A DNA stretch of 63,026 nucleotides, the filler included, from an uncultured Synergistales bacterium (GTDB lineage: Bacteria; Synergistota; Synergistia; Synergistales; Aminobacteriaceae), in NCBI GenBank assembly GCA_937897575.1. It is 7 parts of 7 records of this genome, joined end to end, with 100 filler letters (N's around TTAATTAATTAA, not from the genome) between each part and the next. Parts side by side here need not be neighbours in the genome. Positions count along the whole stretch, not along the records: positions 1 to 8,842 come from CALCQG010000083.1; positions 8,943 to 18,144 come from CALCQG010000085.1; 5 more parts are not named here. The stretch is one strand, 5' to 3'. The notes beneath the pieces were generated by a model, which worked only from the letters and a program-made list of their open reading frames with translations, did no database searches and had not been told where the DNA came from. The position numbers and the translations under genes are program-made. Positions 1 to 10,947 of this stretch are shown here, in pieces; positions within the stretch are counted from its first letter, which is position 1, and each line of letters begins with the position of its first letter.

Positions 1-51
1 CGTACCTATGTTCAAATGCGGCTTCGTCCTCGCAAACTTCTCCTTCGCCAT
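1..51 (-). CDS. tuf: elongation factor Tu, N-terminus (truncated by window edge)
   Basis: Reverse strand reads MAKEKFARTKPHLNIGT after an AGGAGG RBS; directly downstream of fusA. Confidence 0.95.
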   Translation of the reverse strand, partial: MAKEKFARTKPHLNIGT

Positions 52-106
52 TCTGTCTTTCCCTCCTTAGTGATTTCTTCCTGTTATGTAATCGTTCAAC
101 GCTTAT

Positions 107-2170
107 TCAGCTTTTGAGCACCTTGTCCGCCAGATCCCCGGTCAACGCTTCGTAGTGGTCGAACTGCATCGAGTAGGTGGCTCGTCCGGAGCTCTTGCTC
201 CGGAGGTCCGTCGCGTAGCCGAACATCTCCGCGAGGGGGACGAACGCGCGCACAATCCTGGCGTTCATTCGGGTGTCCATCCCCTCGATTTTCCCTCTGC
301 GGGAGGAGACATCGCCGATGATGTCTCCGAGGTAGTCCTCGGGCGTCACGATCTCGACGGACATGATGGGCTCCATGAGGACGGGGTTCGCACGGCGCAT
401 GGCTTCCTTAAAACCCATGGACGCAGCGATCTTGAAGGCCATCTCCGAGCTGTCCACCTCGTGGTAGCTGCCGTCGACGAGGGAGACCTTGATGCCGATG
501 ACGGGATACCCGCCGAGGATTCCGTTGTTGACGGCCTCTTCGAGCCCCTTCTGGACGGCGGAGATATACTCCTTGGGTACAACGCCCCCGACGATCTTGT
601 CCTCGAACTCGAAACCCCGGCCGCCCTCGAGGGGTTCGACCTCGAAGACCACGTGCCCGTACTGCCCCCGCCCGCCCGACTGCCGGATGTACTTGCCTTC
701 CGCTCTGGCCGGGCTCTGAATGGCTTCGCGGTAGGCGACCTGGGGCCGTCCGACCTTGACGTCGACGCCGAACTCGCGCTTGAGCCTGTCGACGATGATC
801 TCGAGGTGCAACTCGCCCATGCCGGAGATGATGGTCTGGGAGGTCTCCTCATCGGTCTTGACCAGGAAGGTCGGGTCCTCCTCGGCGAGCGCCACAAGCC
901 CCTTGGTCAGCTTGAGCTTGTCGTTCTTCGTCGCGGGCTCGACGGAGAGGGAGATGACCGGCTCAGGGAATATGAGGTTCTCCAGAACGATGGGGTGCGC
1001 CTCGTCGCAGAGGGTATCCCCCGTTCGGGTTGCCTTGAGGCCAGGCAGGGCAATGATCATGCCGGCCGTCGCTGAATCGAGCTCTTCGCGTTTGTTCGCA
1101 TGCATGCGAAGGATACGGCCGATCCGCTCGCGGCTGTTGTTCGTCGGATTGTAGAGCGTCGTTCCCTTCGCCAGTGTCCCCGAATAGACCCTCGTGAAGA
1201 CGAGCCGTCCGACAAAGGGGTCGACAAGAATCTTGAACGCGAGCCCCGTGAACGGCTCCATGACGCTGCTCTCGCGGGAAACGTTCTCCATGGTGTCCGG
1301 GTTGACGCCCTCGACTGCCGGCAGATCGAGGGGGCTTGGCAGATAGTCGACAACGGCGTCGAGCAGTTTCTGAACGCCCTTGTTCTTGAACGCCGAGCCG
1401 CAGATGACGGGAACGATCTTCAGCGCGATGGTGTTGTGCCGCAACGCTCTCTTGAGCGTCGCGACGGGCACGTCCTTGCCGTTCAGATAGAGCTCCATTA
1501 TCTCCTCGTCATAATCGGCCAACGACTCGATCATTCGTTCCCGAGCCATCCTGGCGTCCTCGGCCAGGGACTCCGGGATGGAGATGATATGGGGGTCCGT
1601 CCCAAGATCGTCGGTGTAGTGGACACCCTTGTACTCGACGAGGTCTATGACCCCGGAGAAGGTCTCCTCCGCACCCATGGGGATCTGAATGGGAACGGGG
1701 GTGGCGCCCAATTTCTCCCGTATGTCCCGGACGACGTTCTCGAAATCCGCTCCGATACGGTCCATCTTGTTGACGAAGGCGACGCGGGGCACGTGATACT
1801 TGTCCGCCTGACGCCAGACGGTTTCCGACTGCGGTTCAACGCCGCCTACGGCGCAAAATACAGCAACGGCTCCGTCAAGTACCCTCATAGACCTTTCGAC
1901 TTCAACGGTAAAGTCCACGTGGCCGGGCGTATCAATTACGTTGATAGTATGATTCTTCCACATGCATGTCGTAGCTGCGGAAGAGATCGTGATGCCGCGC
2001 TCCCGTTCCTGGTCCATGAAGTCCATCGTCGCCGCTCCCTCGTGGACTTCACCCATCTTGTAGTTCTGACCGGTATAAAAGAGTATGCGCTCCGTCGTCG
2101 TCGTCTTTCCCGCGTCGATGTGGGCGGCAATCCCGATATTGCGGATACTCTTCATTTCAACTGATTGCAT
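107..2170 (-). CDS. fusA: elongation factor G
   Basis: [19 protein letters not shown] and NKMD motifs; str operon position. Confidence 0.99.
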   Translation of the reverse strand: MQSVEMKSIRNIGIAAHIDAGKTTTTERILFYTGQNYKMGEVHEGAATMDFMDQERERGITISSAATTCMWKNHTINVIDTPGHVDFTVEVERSMRVLDGAVAVFCAVGGVEPQSETVWRQADKYHVPRVAFVNKMDRIGADFENVVRDIREKLGATPVPIQIPMGAEETFSGVIDLVEYKGVHYTDDLGTDPHIISIPESLAEDARMARERMIESLADYDEEIMELYLNGKDVPVATLKRALRHNTIALKIVPVICGSAFKNKGVQKLLDAVVDYLPSPLDLPAVEGVNPDTMENVSRESSVMEPFTGLAFKILVDPFVGRLVFTRVYSGTLAKGTTLYNPTNNSRERIGRILRMHANKREELDSATAGMIIALPGLKATRTGDTLCDEAHPIVLENLIFPEPVISLSVEPATKNDKLKLTKGLVALAEEDPTFLVKTDEETSQTIISGMGELHLEIIVDRLKREFGVDVKVGRPQVAYREAIQSPARAEGKYIRQSGGRGQYGHVVFEVEPLEGGRGFEFEDKIVGGVVPKEYISAVQKGLEEAVNNGILGGYPVIGIKVSLVDGSYHEVDSSEMAFKIAASMGFKEAMRRANPVLMEPIMSVEIVTPEDYLGDIIGDVSSRRGKIEGMDTRMNARIVRAFVPLAEMFGYATDLRSKSSGRATYSMQFDHYEALTGDLADKVLKS

Positions 2171-2202
2171 GCTCTATCCCCGGACCTCTCCTCTGTATGC
2201 TT

Positions 2203-2673
2203 CTACCATCGATAGTGCGCGAAAGCCCTGTTCGCCTCCGCCATTTTGTGGGTATCTTCCTTTTTCTTGATGGAGTTCCCTTCGCCCTTGTAGGCGTCCA
2301 TAAATTCTCTGGCAAGCCGCTCGGCCATGGGCATCCCCTTTTTCGCCCGGGAATAGTTCAGCATCCACCGGATGGTCAGCACCTGAGCGCGTTCTGCCGG
2401 CACTTCGACAGGGACCTGGTACGTCGCGCCGCCCACTCGTCTCGGTCGGACCTCCACAAGAGGACGCACGTTTTCCATAGCCTTCTGGAAAACATCAAAC
2501 GGTTCCGTGTTGAGTTTCTGCGCAGCGATGTCGAGGGCGTCGTACATGATGCGCTCTGCGACGCTCTTCTTTCCCTGCCGCATAAGACTGTTCACGAACT
2601 TGGTGACGGCCTGGCTGCCGAAGCGGGTGTCCGGCAGACAGGGGTGCTTCTTTATATGCCCCTTACGCGGCAT
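2203..2673 (-). CDS. rpsG: 30S ribosomal protein S7
   Basis: MPRKG start, RRVGGATYQVP, AEANRAFAHYRW end. Confidence 0.99.
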   Translation of the reverse strand: MPRKGHIKKHPCLPDTRFGSQAVTKFVNSLMRQGKKSVAERIMYDALDIAAQKLNTEPFDVFQKAMENVRPLVEVRPRRVGGATYQVPVEVPAERAQVLTIRWMLNYSRAKKGMPMAERLAREFMDAYKGEGNSIKKKEDTHKMAEANRAFAHYRW

Positions 2674-2710
2674 GGGTCAACCCCTCCTCCATCATGTTCA
2701 ATGCCATTCT

Positions 2711-3082
2711 CTATTTAGGACGCCTCGCGCCGTACTTGGAGCGAGATCTCTTCCGATTCTCCACGCCGCCGCAGTCGAGCGTCCCGCGAATAATGTGGTA
2801 CCGGACGCCCGGAAGGTCCTTCACTCGTCCGCCGCGCACGAGTACCACGGAGTGCTCCTGAAGGTTATGGCCGACGCCCGGAATATAGGAGGTCACTTCG
2901 ATTCCGTTCGTCAAGCGCACGCGGGCGACCTTTCGAAGAGCCGAGTTCGGCTTTTTCGGCGTCACGGTATAGACCCTCGTACAAACGCCGCGACGCGCCG
3001 GATTCCCTTGCAACGCAGGGGCCGCGGTCTTCTGCCGCTTGTCTTCCCGTCCGCGTCGTATCAGTTGGTTGATCGTAGGCAT
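2711..3082 (-). CDS. rpsL: 30S ribosomal protein S12
   Basis: [28 protein letters not shown]. Confidence 0.99.
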   Translation of the reverse strand: MPTINQLIRRGREDKRQKTAAPALQGNPARRGVCTRVYTVTPKKPNSALRKVARVRLTNGIEVTSYIPGVGHNLQEHSVVLVRGGRVKDLPGVRYHIIRGTLDCGGVENRKRSRSKYGARRPK

Positions 3083-3099
3083 AGAATTTCCTCCTTTGT

Positions 3100-3372
3100 T
3101 TATCGTTCTTCGGACTTTTTCTCCGCTTGTATCCGTATCCCCGCCACCGATGCGCCTCGTGCGATGGCGCAGGCTCGTCCGAGAAGGATCATGCTCGCTA
3201 CGTTTTCAACGGGAATGCCCTTGCCCTCGGCTTCAGCGCGTATTTCAGACACCACACGACAATCCGCATCGTCTGCAATGAAAAGTTTGACCAGCTCGTT
3301 CCGTTGCAGATATCTGCGTACTTGACGTTCGCCAGTGACTCTGGAGGGAATGGCCAGTTCGTGTAAAGACAA
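3100..3372 (-). CDS. L7Ae/L30e family ribosomal protein (YbxF-like)
   Basis: FIADDAD...LGRACAI pattern; position between rpoC and rpsL. Confidence 0.85.
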   Translation of the reverse strand: MSLHELAIPSRVTGERQVRRYLQRNELVKLFIADDADCRVVSEIRAEAEGKGIPVENVASMILLGRACAIARGASVAGIRIQAEKKSEER

Positions 3373-3403
3373 TAGAATCCCCTCCTGTGCAGAGCACCAA
3401 AGG

Positions 3404-3433
3404 ATAATATCAAAAGGACAGGAGCGGTGTCAA
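3404..3433 (-). promoter_or_regulatory. putative sigma70 promoter of the str operon
   Basis: Minus strand TTGACA-N18-TATTAT upstream of the L7Ae gene. Confidence 0.55.
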
Positions 3434-3472
3434 GCGCAGGGGCTCTTTCCGCCCTGTCTCTTTTGCCGGATG

Positions 3473-6400
3473 CTACTCCGCCACCCGGTCGGCCTCCTGG
3501 GGCAGACCGCCTTTGCGAAGCTGGACCTTGATGTTCCGCAGGCGTTCCATTCCTGTCCCGGCCGGGATCAGATGTCCGATTATCACGTTCTCTTTAAGTC
3601 CCTCGAGCGGATCGATATCGCCCTTGACGGCGGAGCCTGCCAAGATCTGGGCCGTCTGCTGGAAGGAGGCCGCGCTCAGGAAACTTTCCGTCGCGAGGGC
3701 CGCCTTCGTTATGCCGTGAACGAAGGGCTTCACCTTCGGCCCCTCGCGCAGTTTCCGGACAAAGCTGACCCTCTGTATGACGGCTTTGACGTCCTTCCTC
3801 GGCGCTCCGATGGGACGGACCACGAGCTCCTGGATGTCGGGGCTGCTCGCGAGGGTGTCGACGATGGCCTGGTTGACCTCGCTCCCTGCATCGGCGAGAA
3901 GCGTCCCCTTCCTGTCGTATATGGGCTCGAGGAGCACCTTCCCGTAGATCTTCGACGAGAGGATATCCCGGATGAAGCGATCCCGGGAGAAGATATCCTC
4001 TTCGATCTCTATGGCCGAGAGGGAGCCCTTCAGCATGTCCCTCACGACGGAGCCGTCCACAAGCTGGGGGACATCGACAACGGCATTGCCGCTGTCGTCG
4101 ATCGCCCTCGTCAGAGGTTTGCCCCAGCGATCCTTGAGGCTCTCCTCCAGTTTGTCGAGGATGTTGACCCGTTCGACGGAGTGCCAGGTCGTGATGCTCG
4201 GGACGTTGTTCGCCCGGCAGGCCGCGGCGTCTTTGGCGGTGAACAGCCTGTCCGCAGCGGCGATCACCTCGCCGTCCACAACGATGTCCTCGGCGAGGTA
4301 CGCCGCGTCGGCCAGCTGTTCAAGGATCTCACTGTCCCGCACGAGGATGGGCGTCGGGTCCTGGGCCGTGATCAGCCCCAGCTGTCCGAGGGTCAGATGC
4401 GTCTTCGCCGGGATCTCCTTGCCGTCCTCGGTGACGAAGGGATCGATCAGATCGTGCCCCTCCATCTGTTTCCTGAAGGCGGCCTCGCCCACGACTAGGG
4501 TGACGTTCCCGTGCTCCTTGTCCTCCAGCACGATGGAGGAGATGAGCAGCCCGGGACGAAGGAGCGTACGAATCGCCTCCTCGTCCAGGGGGGCGTTGAT
4601 GTACTTCAGGACCGACTCGTTCTGTTTCTGGCTGACGACATTCTTCAACACCCGGCCCGAGAAGATCCGTATGGCCTCGTCGATGTTCCGCTCGTTCTCC
4701 ACGGTGATCTGGTCCATCTCCTGATCGATGTCATCGGTCCACACCAGGTCTCCGGCCACGAAGGACGTATCGCCCTCCTCGGTGATCTTGACTCTGTTGA
4801 CGGGGGCGACCTTTCTCAGGATGACCTCGATGTGCTTGTTGTTGATGGACACGCCCTGGGAGCGGTAGACCTCCTGAATTTCATCCACGAGGGCTTTTTG
4901 AACAGCTCCGACTCCCTCGACCTCGAGGAGCTGCTGCGGGTCTATGTTGCCCTCGGTGATCTGATCGTTCTTGTGCACTTCGTCCCCCTCCTTGACGAGG
5001 AGGTTCTGGTTGACGGGGATGTTGTAGGTGACCTTTTCACCGCTCTCGATATCGTCGGAGGTGATGATGACCTTTCTCTTCCCCTCCATGACGCGTATCT
5101 CGGACACCTTGCCGTCGATGCCCGCCAGGAAGGCGACCTTTTTGGGACGGCGCACCTCGAAGAGCTGTTCGATGCGGGGAAGGCCCTGCGTGATGTCTTC
5201 GCCCGTCAGGCGAACGCCTCCCGTGTGGAAGGTCCTCATGGTGAGCTGTGTTCCGGGCTCGCCGATGGACTGCGCCGCCACAACGCCGACCGTCTCCCCG
5301 ATGGGGACGGTCTTTCTGGACGAGAGGTCCATCCCGTAGCAGGCCTGGCATATGCCGTGCCGAAGTTTGCAGGTCAGGGGGCTCCGTACCCACGCCGACG
5401 GTATTCCAGCCCGCTCGATTCCCTCCGCCTGCGCCATGGATATGCAGTCCCCCGCGGCGACGATGAGTTCGCCCGTCTCGGGGTCGGCGATGTCGTGGAG
5501 AGCCGTCCGCCCGTAAATCCGCTCCGAAAGGGGGATCATGACTTTTCCGTCCTGCATGAGCGCCTCGATGGAGATCCCCTCGGTCGTCCCGCAGTCATGC
5601 TCCGTGATGATGAGGTCCTGGGCGACGTCCACGAGACGTCGCGTCAGATAGCCGGATTTTGCCGTGCGGAGCGCCGTGTCCGCAAGCCCCTTTCGGGCCC
5701 CGTGGGTCGATATGAAGTATTCGAGCATGTTCATGCCCTCGCGGAAGTTGGCGGTGATCGGGTAGTCGATGATCCGCCCCGACGGATCGGACATGAGGCC
5801 CCGGATGCCGGCCATCTGCCCCATCTGGCTTCTGCTTCCCCGGGCACCCGAGTCGCCCATCATCCGGATGGAGTTCGTCCGGTCCATGTGGTCCACGATG
5901 CTGTCGGCGATGGTCCTCGATTTTTCGGACCAGAGGCTCTCCTTCTGGAAGAGGTACTCGTCGCTCGTCAGAATGCCCATGTTGTACTCGGACTTCAGCT
6001 CCTCGTCTTGCTCCATGGCCTCCTTCGTCAGGGTCCGCTTCTCCGGAGGGATGATAATGGACTCCACGCCGAAGCTGATCCCGCTGAGGGTCGCCCAGTG
6101 GTATCCGAGGGACTTGATGTCGTCGAGCATGGTGACCATGGAGACTCTGTCCACGAGGTCGTACGCCCTGTCGAGGATGACGCCGAGGTCCTTCTTCCCG
6201 AGTTGCCGGTTGAAGAAGCGGAGTTCCTTGGGCAGTATGTTGTTGAAGATGACCCGTCCCGTGGACGTGTCGATCCACTTCTCGTCGCCCTCCCACTCCG
6301 GCTGCCGCTTCAGCTTGATACGAGTGTTCACGCCGATTATGCCGTGGTTGAAGGCGACCAGCGCGTCGTCGATATCGAGGAAGTAGGGGGTGTCGACCCC

Positions 6401-8461
6401 CGGGACCGCATCCGCCATGTCGGTGAGGTAGTATATGCCGAGCACGATATCCTGAGTCGGCGTCATGACCGGACGCCCGCTGGCAGGCGACAGGAGGTTG
6501 TTCGCAGAGAGCATGAGCAGTCTGGCCTCGGCCTGGGCCTCGATGGAAAGAGGCACGTGCACGGCCATCTGGTCGCCGTCGAAGTCCGCGTTGAACGCCG
6601 TACAGACCATGGGGTGCAGCCGGATGGCCTTGCCCTCCATGAGCACCGGCTCGAAGGCCTGGATGCCCAGACGGTGCAGGGTCGGGGCTCTGTTCAGCAT
6701 GACGGGGTGATCCTTGATGATCTCCTCGAGGATGCCCCAGATCTCCTCTCTTCCCCGCTCGATCTGCCGCTTCGCGCTCTTGACGTTGGGCGCGATCCCC
6801 CGCTCGACAAGCTGCCGGATCACGAAGGGTTTGAAGAGCTCCAGGGCCATCTGCTTCGGCAGTCCGCACTGATAGATCTTCAGCTGCGGGCCGATGACGA
6901 TGACGGACCGCCCGGAGTAGTCCACTCTTTTCCCCAGAAGGTTCTGGCGGAAGCGCCCCTTCTTCCCCCGCAGAAGGTCCGTGAGGCTCTTCAGAGGGCG
7001 GTTGCCCGCGCCGAGGACGGCCTTCCCCATGCGCCCGTTGTCGATGAGGGCGTCCACGGCCTCCTGGAGCATCCTCTTCTCGTTGCGGATAATGATCTCC
7101 GGCGCCTTGAGCTCCTGAAGCTTCTTCAGACGGTTGTTCCGGTTGATGACCCTTCTGTAAAGGTCGTTGAGGTCCGAGGTGGCGAATCGGCCGCCGTCGA
7201 GCTGCACCATGGGGCGCAGGTCCGGCGGGATGACGGGCAGGACCTCGAGGATCATGGACTTGGCCGTGGAGTTCCCCTTGCGGAAGTCCTCGGCTACCTG
7301 GAGCCTTTTGATGAGCTTGCGCTTTTTCTGCCCCGTGCTCTCCGAGACCTCTTCCCGAAGGGCCGCTGCCAGCTGGTCGAGGTCGATCCGTTCGAGCAGA
7401 TGCTGGACGCCCTCAGCCCCGATCCCTGCGCTGAACTTCTTGTCATAGGCGGAACAGAGGTCGTACTCCCTCTCGAGGATGATGTCCGCCGAGGCGAAGG
7501 AGGACATCCCCTCGTCGATGACGATGTAGCAGGGGTCCTCCACGGTGACGGTGTCCTTCTGCGCCGTGAACCGCCCGGGGTACCGCTGGCTGTACAGCTT
7601 GAACTCGCTCTCCGACAGCGTATCGCCCTTCGCGAAGGGGAGGTGGACGGCGGCCGTGACGATGAAGGCCTCGTGGTTTCCGATGAAGGCGCGCTCCGTC
7701 TCGACGTCCACCTTCAGCCGTGTGCGGAGACGCTCGACCTCGCTCGCCGAGACGATGTCGCCGCTCGAGTACATGCTCCCCTCAGGAGCCGTCACGAGGG
7801 TGAAGGCCGTCTCGACCTTGAAGAGATCGTCGCCGAAGTCGGTCTTGTACCGGGCCACCTGATTGGCGGACAGGGGGTCCCCCTCGTTCACGGGGAGGTC
7901 GTCCACCGTCAGAATCTTGTAGGCCTCCTCGGCTTTGAACTTGGGGTCGTAGTGGGTGTGAATCCTCATCTCGCTCTCGGAGATGGTGTCGTTCTTTCGG
8001 GCGAGGTCCGTGCGCCGCCCCTCCATGACCACCTTGTAGGCCGCCTCTCTCTGGCGTGCAGGCGCGAAGTAGACCACCTTCTCGAGGTCCTTTGTGGTGG
8101 TGCCAAGGAGAAGGCTCAGGCGGCTCGGGATGCCCCGGAGATACCATATGTGCACCACGGGTGCGGCGAGCTCGATGTGGCCCATGCGCTCCCGGCGCAC
8201 GCGGTTGTCCGCCACCTCGACGCCGCAACGGTCGCAGACGATCCCCTTGAACTTGGGACCGCTCCGTTTGTACTTTCCGCAGGCGCACTCGTAGCTCTTC
8301 GTGGGGCCGAAGATCCGTTCGCAGAACAGGCCGTCCTTTTCCGGGCGGAGGGTCCTGTAGTTGATCGTCTCCGGCTTCTTCACCTCTCCGCTGGAGAGCT
8401 TCCGGATCGTTTCGGGGCTGGCGAGTTTTATGCGAACGCCCACTATCTCTCTGCGGGTCAT
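3473..8461 (-). CDS. rpoC: RNA polymerase beta' subunit with large lineage-specific insertions
   Basis: NADFDGD catalytic motif, N-terminal Zn finger, QLTMRTFH; 1662 aa. Confidence 0.99.
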   Translation of the reverse strand: MTRREIVGVRIKLASPETIRKLSSGEVKKPETINYRTLRPEKDGLFCERIFGPTKSYECACGKYKRSGPKFKGIVCDRCGVEVADNRVRRERMGHIELAAPVVHIWYLRGIPSRLSLLLGTTTKDLEKVVYFAPARQREAAYKVVMEGRRTDLARKNDTISESEMRIHTHYDPKFKAEEAYKILTVDDLPVNEGDPLSANQVARYKTDFGDDLFKVETAFTLVTAPEGSMYSSGDIVSASEVERLRTRLKVDVETERAFIGNHEAFIVTAAVHLPFAKGDTLSESEFKLYSQRYPGRFTAQKDTVTVEDPCYIVIDEGMSSFASADIILEREYDLCSAYDKKFSAGIGAEGVQHLLERIDLDQLAAALREEVSESTGQKKRKLIKRLQVAEDFRKGNSTAKSMILEVLPVIPPDLRPMVQLDGGRFATSDLNDLYRRVINRNNRLKKLQELKAPEIIIRNEKRMLQEAVDALIDNGRMGKAVLGAGNRPLKSLTDLLRGKKGRFRQNLLGKRVDYSGRSVIVIGPQLKIYQCGLPKQMALELFKPFVIRQLVERGIAPNVKSAKRQIERGREEIWGILEEIIKDHPVMLNRAPTLHRLGIQAFEPVLMEGKAIRLHPMVCTAFNADFDGDQMAVHVPLSIEAQAEARLLMLSANNLLSPASGRPVMTPTQDIVLGIYYLTDMADAVPGVDTPYFLDIDDALVAFNHGIIGVNTRIKLKRQPEWEGDEKWIDTSTGRVIFNNILPKELRFFNRQLGKKDLGVILDRAYDLVDRVSMVTMLDDIKSLGYHWATLSGISFGVESIIIPPEKRTLTKEAMEQDEELKSEYNMGILTSDEYLFQKESLWSEKSRTIADSIVDHMDRTNSIRMMGDSGARGSRSQMGQMAGIRGLMSDPSGRIIDYPITANFREGMNMLEYFISTHGARKGLADTALRTAKSGYLTRRLVDVAQDLIITEHDCGTTEGISIEALMQDGKVMIPLSERIYGRTALHDIADPETGELIVAAGDCISMAQAEGIERAGIPSAWVRSPLTCKLRHGICQACYGMDLSSRKTVPIGETVGVVAAQSIGEPGTQLTMRTFHTGGVRLTGEDITQGLPRIEQLFEVRRPKKVAFLAGIDGKVSEIRVMEGKRKVIITSDDIESGEKVTYNIPVNQNLLVKEGDEVHKNDQITEGNIDPQQLLEVEGVGAVQKALVDEIQEVYRSQGVSINNKHIEVILRKVAPVNRVKITEEGDTSFVAGDLVWTDDIDQEMDQITVENERNIDEAIRIFSGRVLKNVVSQKQNESVLKYINAPLDEEAIRTLLRPGLLISSIVLEDKEHGNVTLVVGEAAFRKQMEGHDLIDPFVTEDGKEIPAKTHLTLGQLGLITAQDPTPILVRDSEILEQLADAAYLAEDIVVDGEVIAAADRLFTAKDAAACRANNVPSITTWHSVERVNILDKLEESLKDRWGKPLTRAIDDSGNAVVDVPQLVDGSVVRDMLKGSLSAIEIEEDIFSRDRFIRDILSSKIYGKVLLEPIYDRKGTLLADAGSEVNQAIVDTLASSPDIQELVVRPIGAPRKDVKAVIQRVSFVRKLREGPKVKPFVHGITKAALATESFLSAASFQQTAQILAGSAVKGDIDPLEGLKENVIIGHLIPAGTGMERLRNIKVQLRKGGLPQEADRVAE

Positions 8462-8820
8462 CAGTTTTCCTCCCCTTCTTCTATAGACATGCCTTCAGGA
8501 AGGTCCTCCCCGAAGAGGATCTGTTCGGTGACAAGCATGTCGACCTCCGACTCCTCCTCGAGGACCTCCGCTTTCTCTCTCTCGGGTGCTTGGTCGCTGC
8601 CCCTGCTTCGGGCGGAGGGGTACCGGAAGGAGGAGAAGTCCTCCTCGTCCTCGTCCATGAGAAGCTCTCCGATCGTCCCGTCGCTGTACTTCACTTCAAC
8701 GTCGAGGCCGAGCCCCTGCAGCTCCTTCACGAGGACGCGGAAGCTCTCGGGCACGCCCGGTTTGGCGAGGTTCTGCCCCTTCACGATGCGCTCGTAGGTC
8801 TTCAGGCGCCCGCGGATGTC
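8461..8820 (-). CDS. rpoB: RNA polymerase beta subunit, C-terminal fragment
   Basis: [20 protein letters not shown]; truncated by contig end. Confidence 0.97.
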   Translation of the reverse strand, partial: DIRGRLKTYERIVKGQNLAKPGVPESFRVLVKELQGLGLDVEVKYSDGTIGELLMDEDEEDFSSFRYPSARSRGSDQAPEREKAEVLEEESEVDMLVTEQILFGEDLPEGMSIEEGEEN

Positions 8821-8842
8821 GACCTACGAGCGCATCGTGAAG

Positions 8843-8942
8843 NNNNNNNNNNNNNNNNNNNNNNNNNNNNNNNNNNNNNNNNNNNNTTAATTAATTAANN
8901 NNNNNNNNNNNNNNNNNNNNNNNNNNNNNNNNNNNNNNNNNN
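8843..8942. other. artificial contig linker (also at 18145-18243, 36060-36159, 48421-48520, 55329-55428, 60879-60978)
   Basis: N runs flanking TTAATTAATTAA, which has stops in all six frames. Confidence 0.99.
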
Positions 8943-9817
8943 TTGGCCGTCCCATAGGCGCCGAGGTAGATCGCCACGCCGATCAGGCCGACGGCCAGCG
9001 CTGAAAGGGCCCTCTTTCCGGCGAAGGAGAACTGGAGCGTCTTCTCCACCGGGCAGCTCTCGGTGCACCGGCCGCAGGCGATGCAGTCGGCGTCCCGAAC
9101 GACCTCCGCGACCATGGGGCGGAGCCCCATGGGGCACGACCGGTCGCACTTCGCGCAGGCGATGCAGGTCTCCCTGTTCCGCCGCACCTTCGTCAGGCTG
9201 AGTTTCTGCAGGATGCCCAGGGCGGCGCCGAGGGGGCAGAGGTAGCGGCACCAGAAGCGCTCGATGAAGAGGCTCGCCGCCATGACGGTGCCGAAGAGGA
9301 CGACGAAGGCCCAGGGCGTGGAGACGATCTCCTCCCAGCCGGCGGACAGGTGCATCCAGGCCGCCCAGGGGTCGTATGCCCGCCACGCGAGGGTCCCGAG
9401 GGTCCAGGTATAGTACAGGATGACGACGAGGAGAACGTACTTGAGGGCCCGAAGCGCCCTGTCGAGGCCGGCGGGCAGCTCGCGCCTCCGGATGCCGAGC
9501 TTCCGGCCGAGGAGGGCCGTGAGCTCCCCGATGGTCCCGAGCGGACAGACCCAGCCGCAGAAGGTCCTGCCCACGACCACCGTCCCGAGCGCCACGGTGC
9601 CGAAGAGGATGAGGACGCTCGGCGCCAGCCTGCGAAGCCATATCCCGTCCTTAAGATAGCTGAAGATGCCCTCGAGCCCGCCGAAGGGGCAGAGGGCGTC
9701 CACCGTGGGGACCCCCTCCGGGCCGCCGCCCACGATCTGATGACGGTAGCCCACCCACGTGATGAATGCCAAAAACGCGATCATAACGCCGTACCGAACG
9801 TACTTCCAGCGGACCAT
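8943..9817 (-). CDS. membrane 4Fe-4S binding protein (NapH/YccM-like), 3' truncated
   Basis: CPFG, FCGWVCPLG, FWCRYLCPLG and two CxxCxxCxxxCP motifs; several TM segments. Confidence 0.9.
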
Positions 9818-9999
9818 GCATATCCTCCTCCTCGTGGTTTGTGCATGAGAGTACCACGCGGCGCACGTCACCGGATCAGTAAAAATACACCCCATCGGTA
9901 TCCGGTTTTACTGATCCAGAGTTCCCGAGGTGCTCTGACCAACTGGTTTGAGGGCTATGTTTTAATGGTATCATAGGGCAAAAGAGGGGAGGGATTGCT

Positions 10000-10845
10000 A
10001 TTTCTCAATGGCGTACCATATCGAGAATCGTCGCGGGACGGAGGACGACGGACGGCGCGGGCGTACATCTGGTGAGGGTCCTGGGGCGGGAGGACGTGCA
10101 CGACTTTGACCCGTTCCTCATGCTCGACGCCTTCGACTCGTCGAACCCCGAGGACTACGTGAAGGGTTTTCCGTGGCACCCTCATCGGGGCATAGAGACC
10201 ATTACCTATCTGATCGAGGGCGACATCGAGCATGGCGACAGCCTGGGAAACCACGGACGAATCCAGTCGGGAGACTGCCAGTGGATGACCGCGGGCTCGG
10301 GCATCGTCCATCAGGAGATGCCCAGGGCGAGTTCGCGGCTCTTCGGCACCCAGCTCTGGCTCAACATGCCGTCGAAGGACAAGATGGCCGCGCCCCGGTA
10401 CGGCGATATCCTCGGGAAGGACATCCCCCTCCTTGACGAGGAGAAGGCCGCGGTCCGGGTCCTCTCGGGGACCTACATGGGACGGCAGGGAGCGATGACG
10501 CCCCGGCACGTGCGCCCCACGTACCTGGACGTGACGGTGCGGCCGGGCATGGAGTGGACCGTCCCGACGGATCACGGGGACACAGTCTTCGCCTATATCC
10601 TCGAGGGCGAGGGCTGCTTCGGACCCCGGCCGGAGGACTGTGTGCCGGAGAAACACGCCGTTCTGCTCTCCGATGGCGATACCTTCCGGGTGCAGGCCGA
10701 AGAGCGGGGTATCCGCTTCCTGCTTCTGGCGGCGAAGCCCTTGAAGGAGCCCATCGCGTGGGGCGGCCCCATCGTCATGAACACGAGGGAGGAGCTGAAT
10801 CAGGCGTTCAGGGAGCTGGACGACGGTTCTTTCCTCAGGCATTGA
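10000..10845 (+). CDS. pirin family protein; probable start is ATT at 10000 (ORF track starts at GTG 10072)
   Basis: DPFLMLD, GFPWHPHRGIET, WMTAGSGIVHQE and GPIVMNT; DGAGV motif lies upstream of the GTG. Confidence 0.92.
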   Translation: MSQWRTISRIVAGRRTTDGAGVHLVRVLGREDVHDFDPFLMLDAFDSSNPEDYVKGFPWHPHRGIETITYLIEGDIEHGDSLGNHGRIQSGDCQWMTAGSGIVHQEMPRASSRLFGTQLWLNMPSKDKMAAPRYGDILGKDIPLLDEEKAAVRVLSGTYMGRQGAMTPRHVRPTYLDVTVRPGMEWTVPTDHGDTVFAYILEGEGCFGPRPEDCVPEKHAVLLSDGDTFRVQAEERGIRFLLLAAKPLKEPIAWGGPIVMNTREELNQAFRELDDGSFLRH

Positions 10846-10947
10846 AGAGGGGCGGCTCCCTCTGAGAGAGGTCCGCGGGGCTGTCGCCCCAAAGACCCCG
10901 GATGTGCTGCATTTTTTCCCTAAACAGAGTATCAGGAGGTGCGTTCC

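Noticed and set aside
4511..8797. 1428-aa plus-strand ORF, and similar long antisense ORFs such as 25557-28955, 9955-12237 and 21338-23278
   Set aside because: Shadow frames of rpoC, nifJ, pgm and priA/der caused by GC-rich codon bias; no recognisable motifs.
8779..8842. Perfect 22-bp inverted repeat inside rpoB at the contig end
   Set aside because: 8821-8842 is the reverse complement of 8779-8800 and breaks an essential gene exactly at the contig end; most likely a fold-back amplification or assembly artefact.
8843..8942. Recurrent TTAATTAATTAA flanked by Ns
   Set aside because: Artificial contig linker; ORFs containing X residues and cross-linker gene neighbourhoods are not real.
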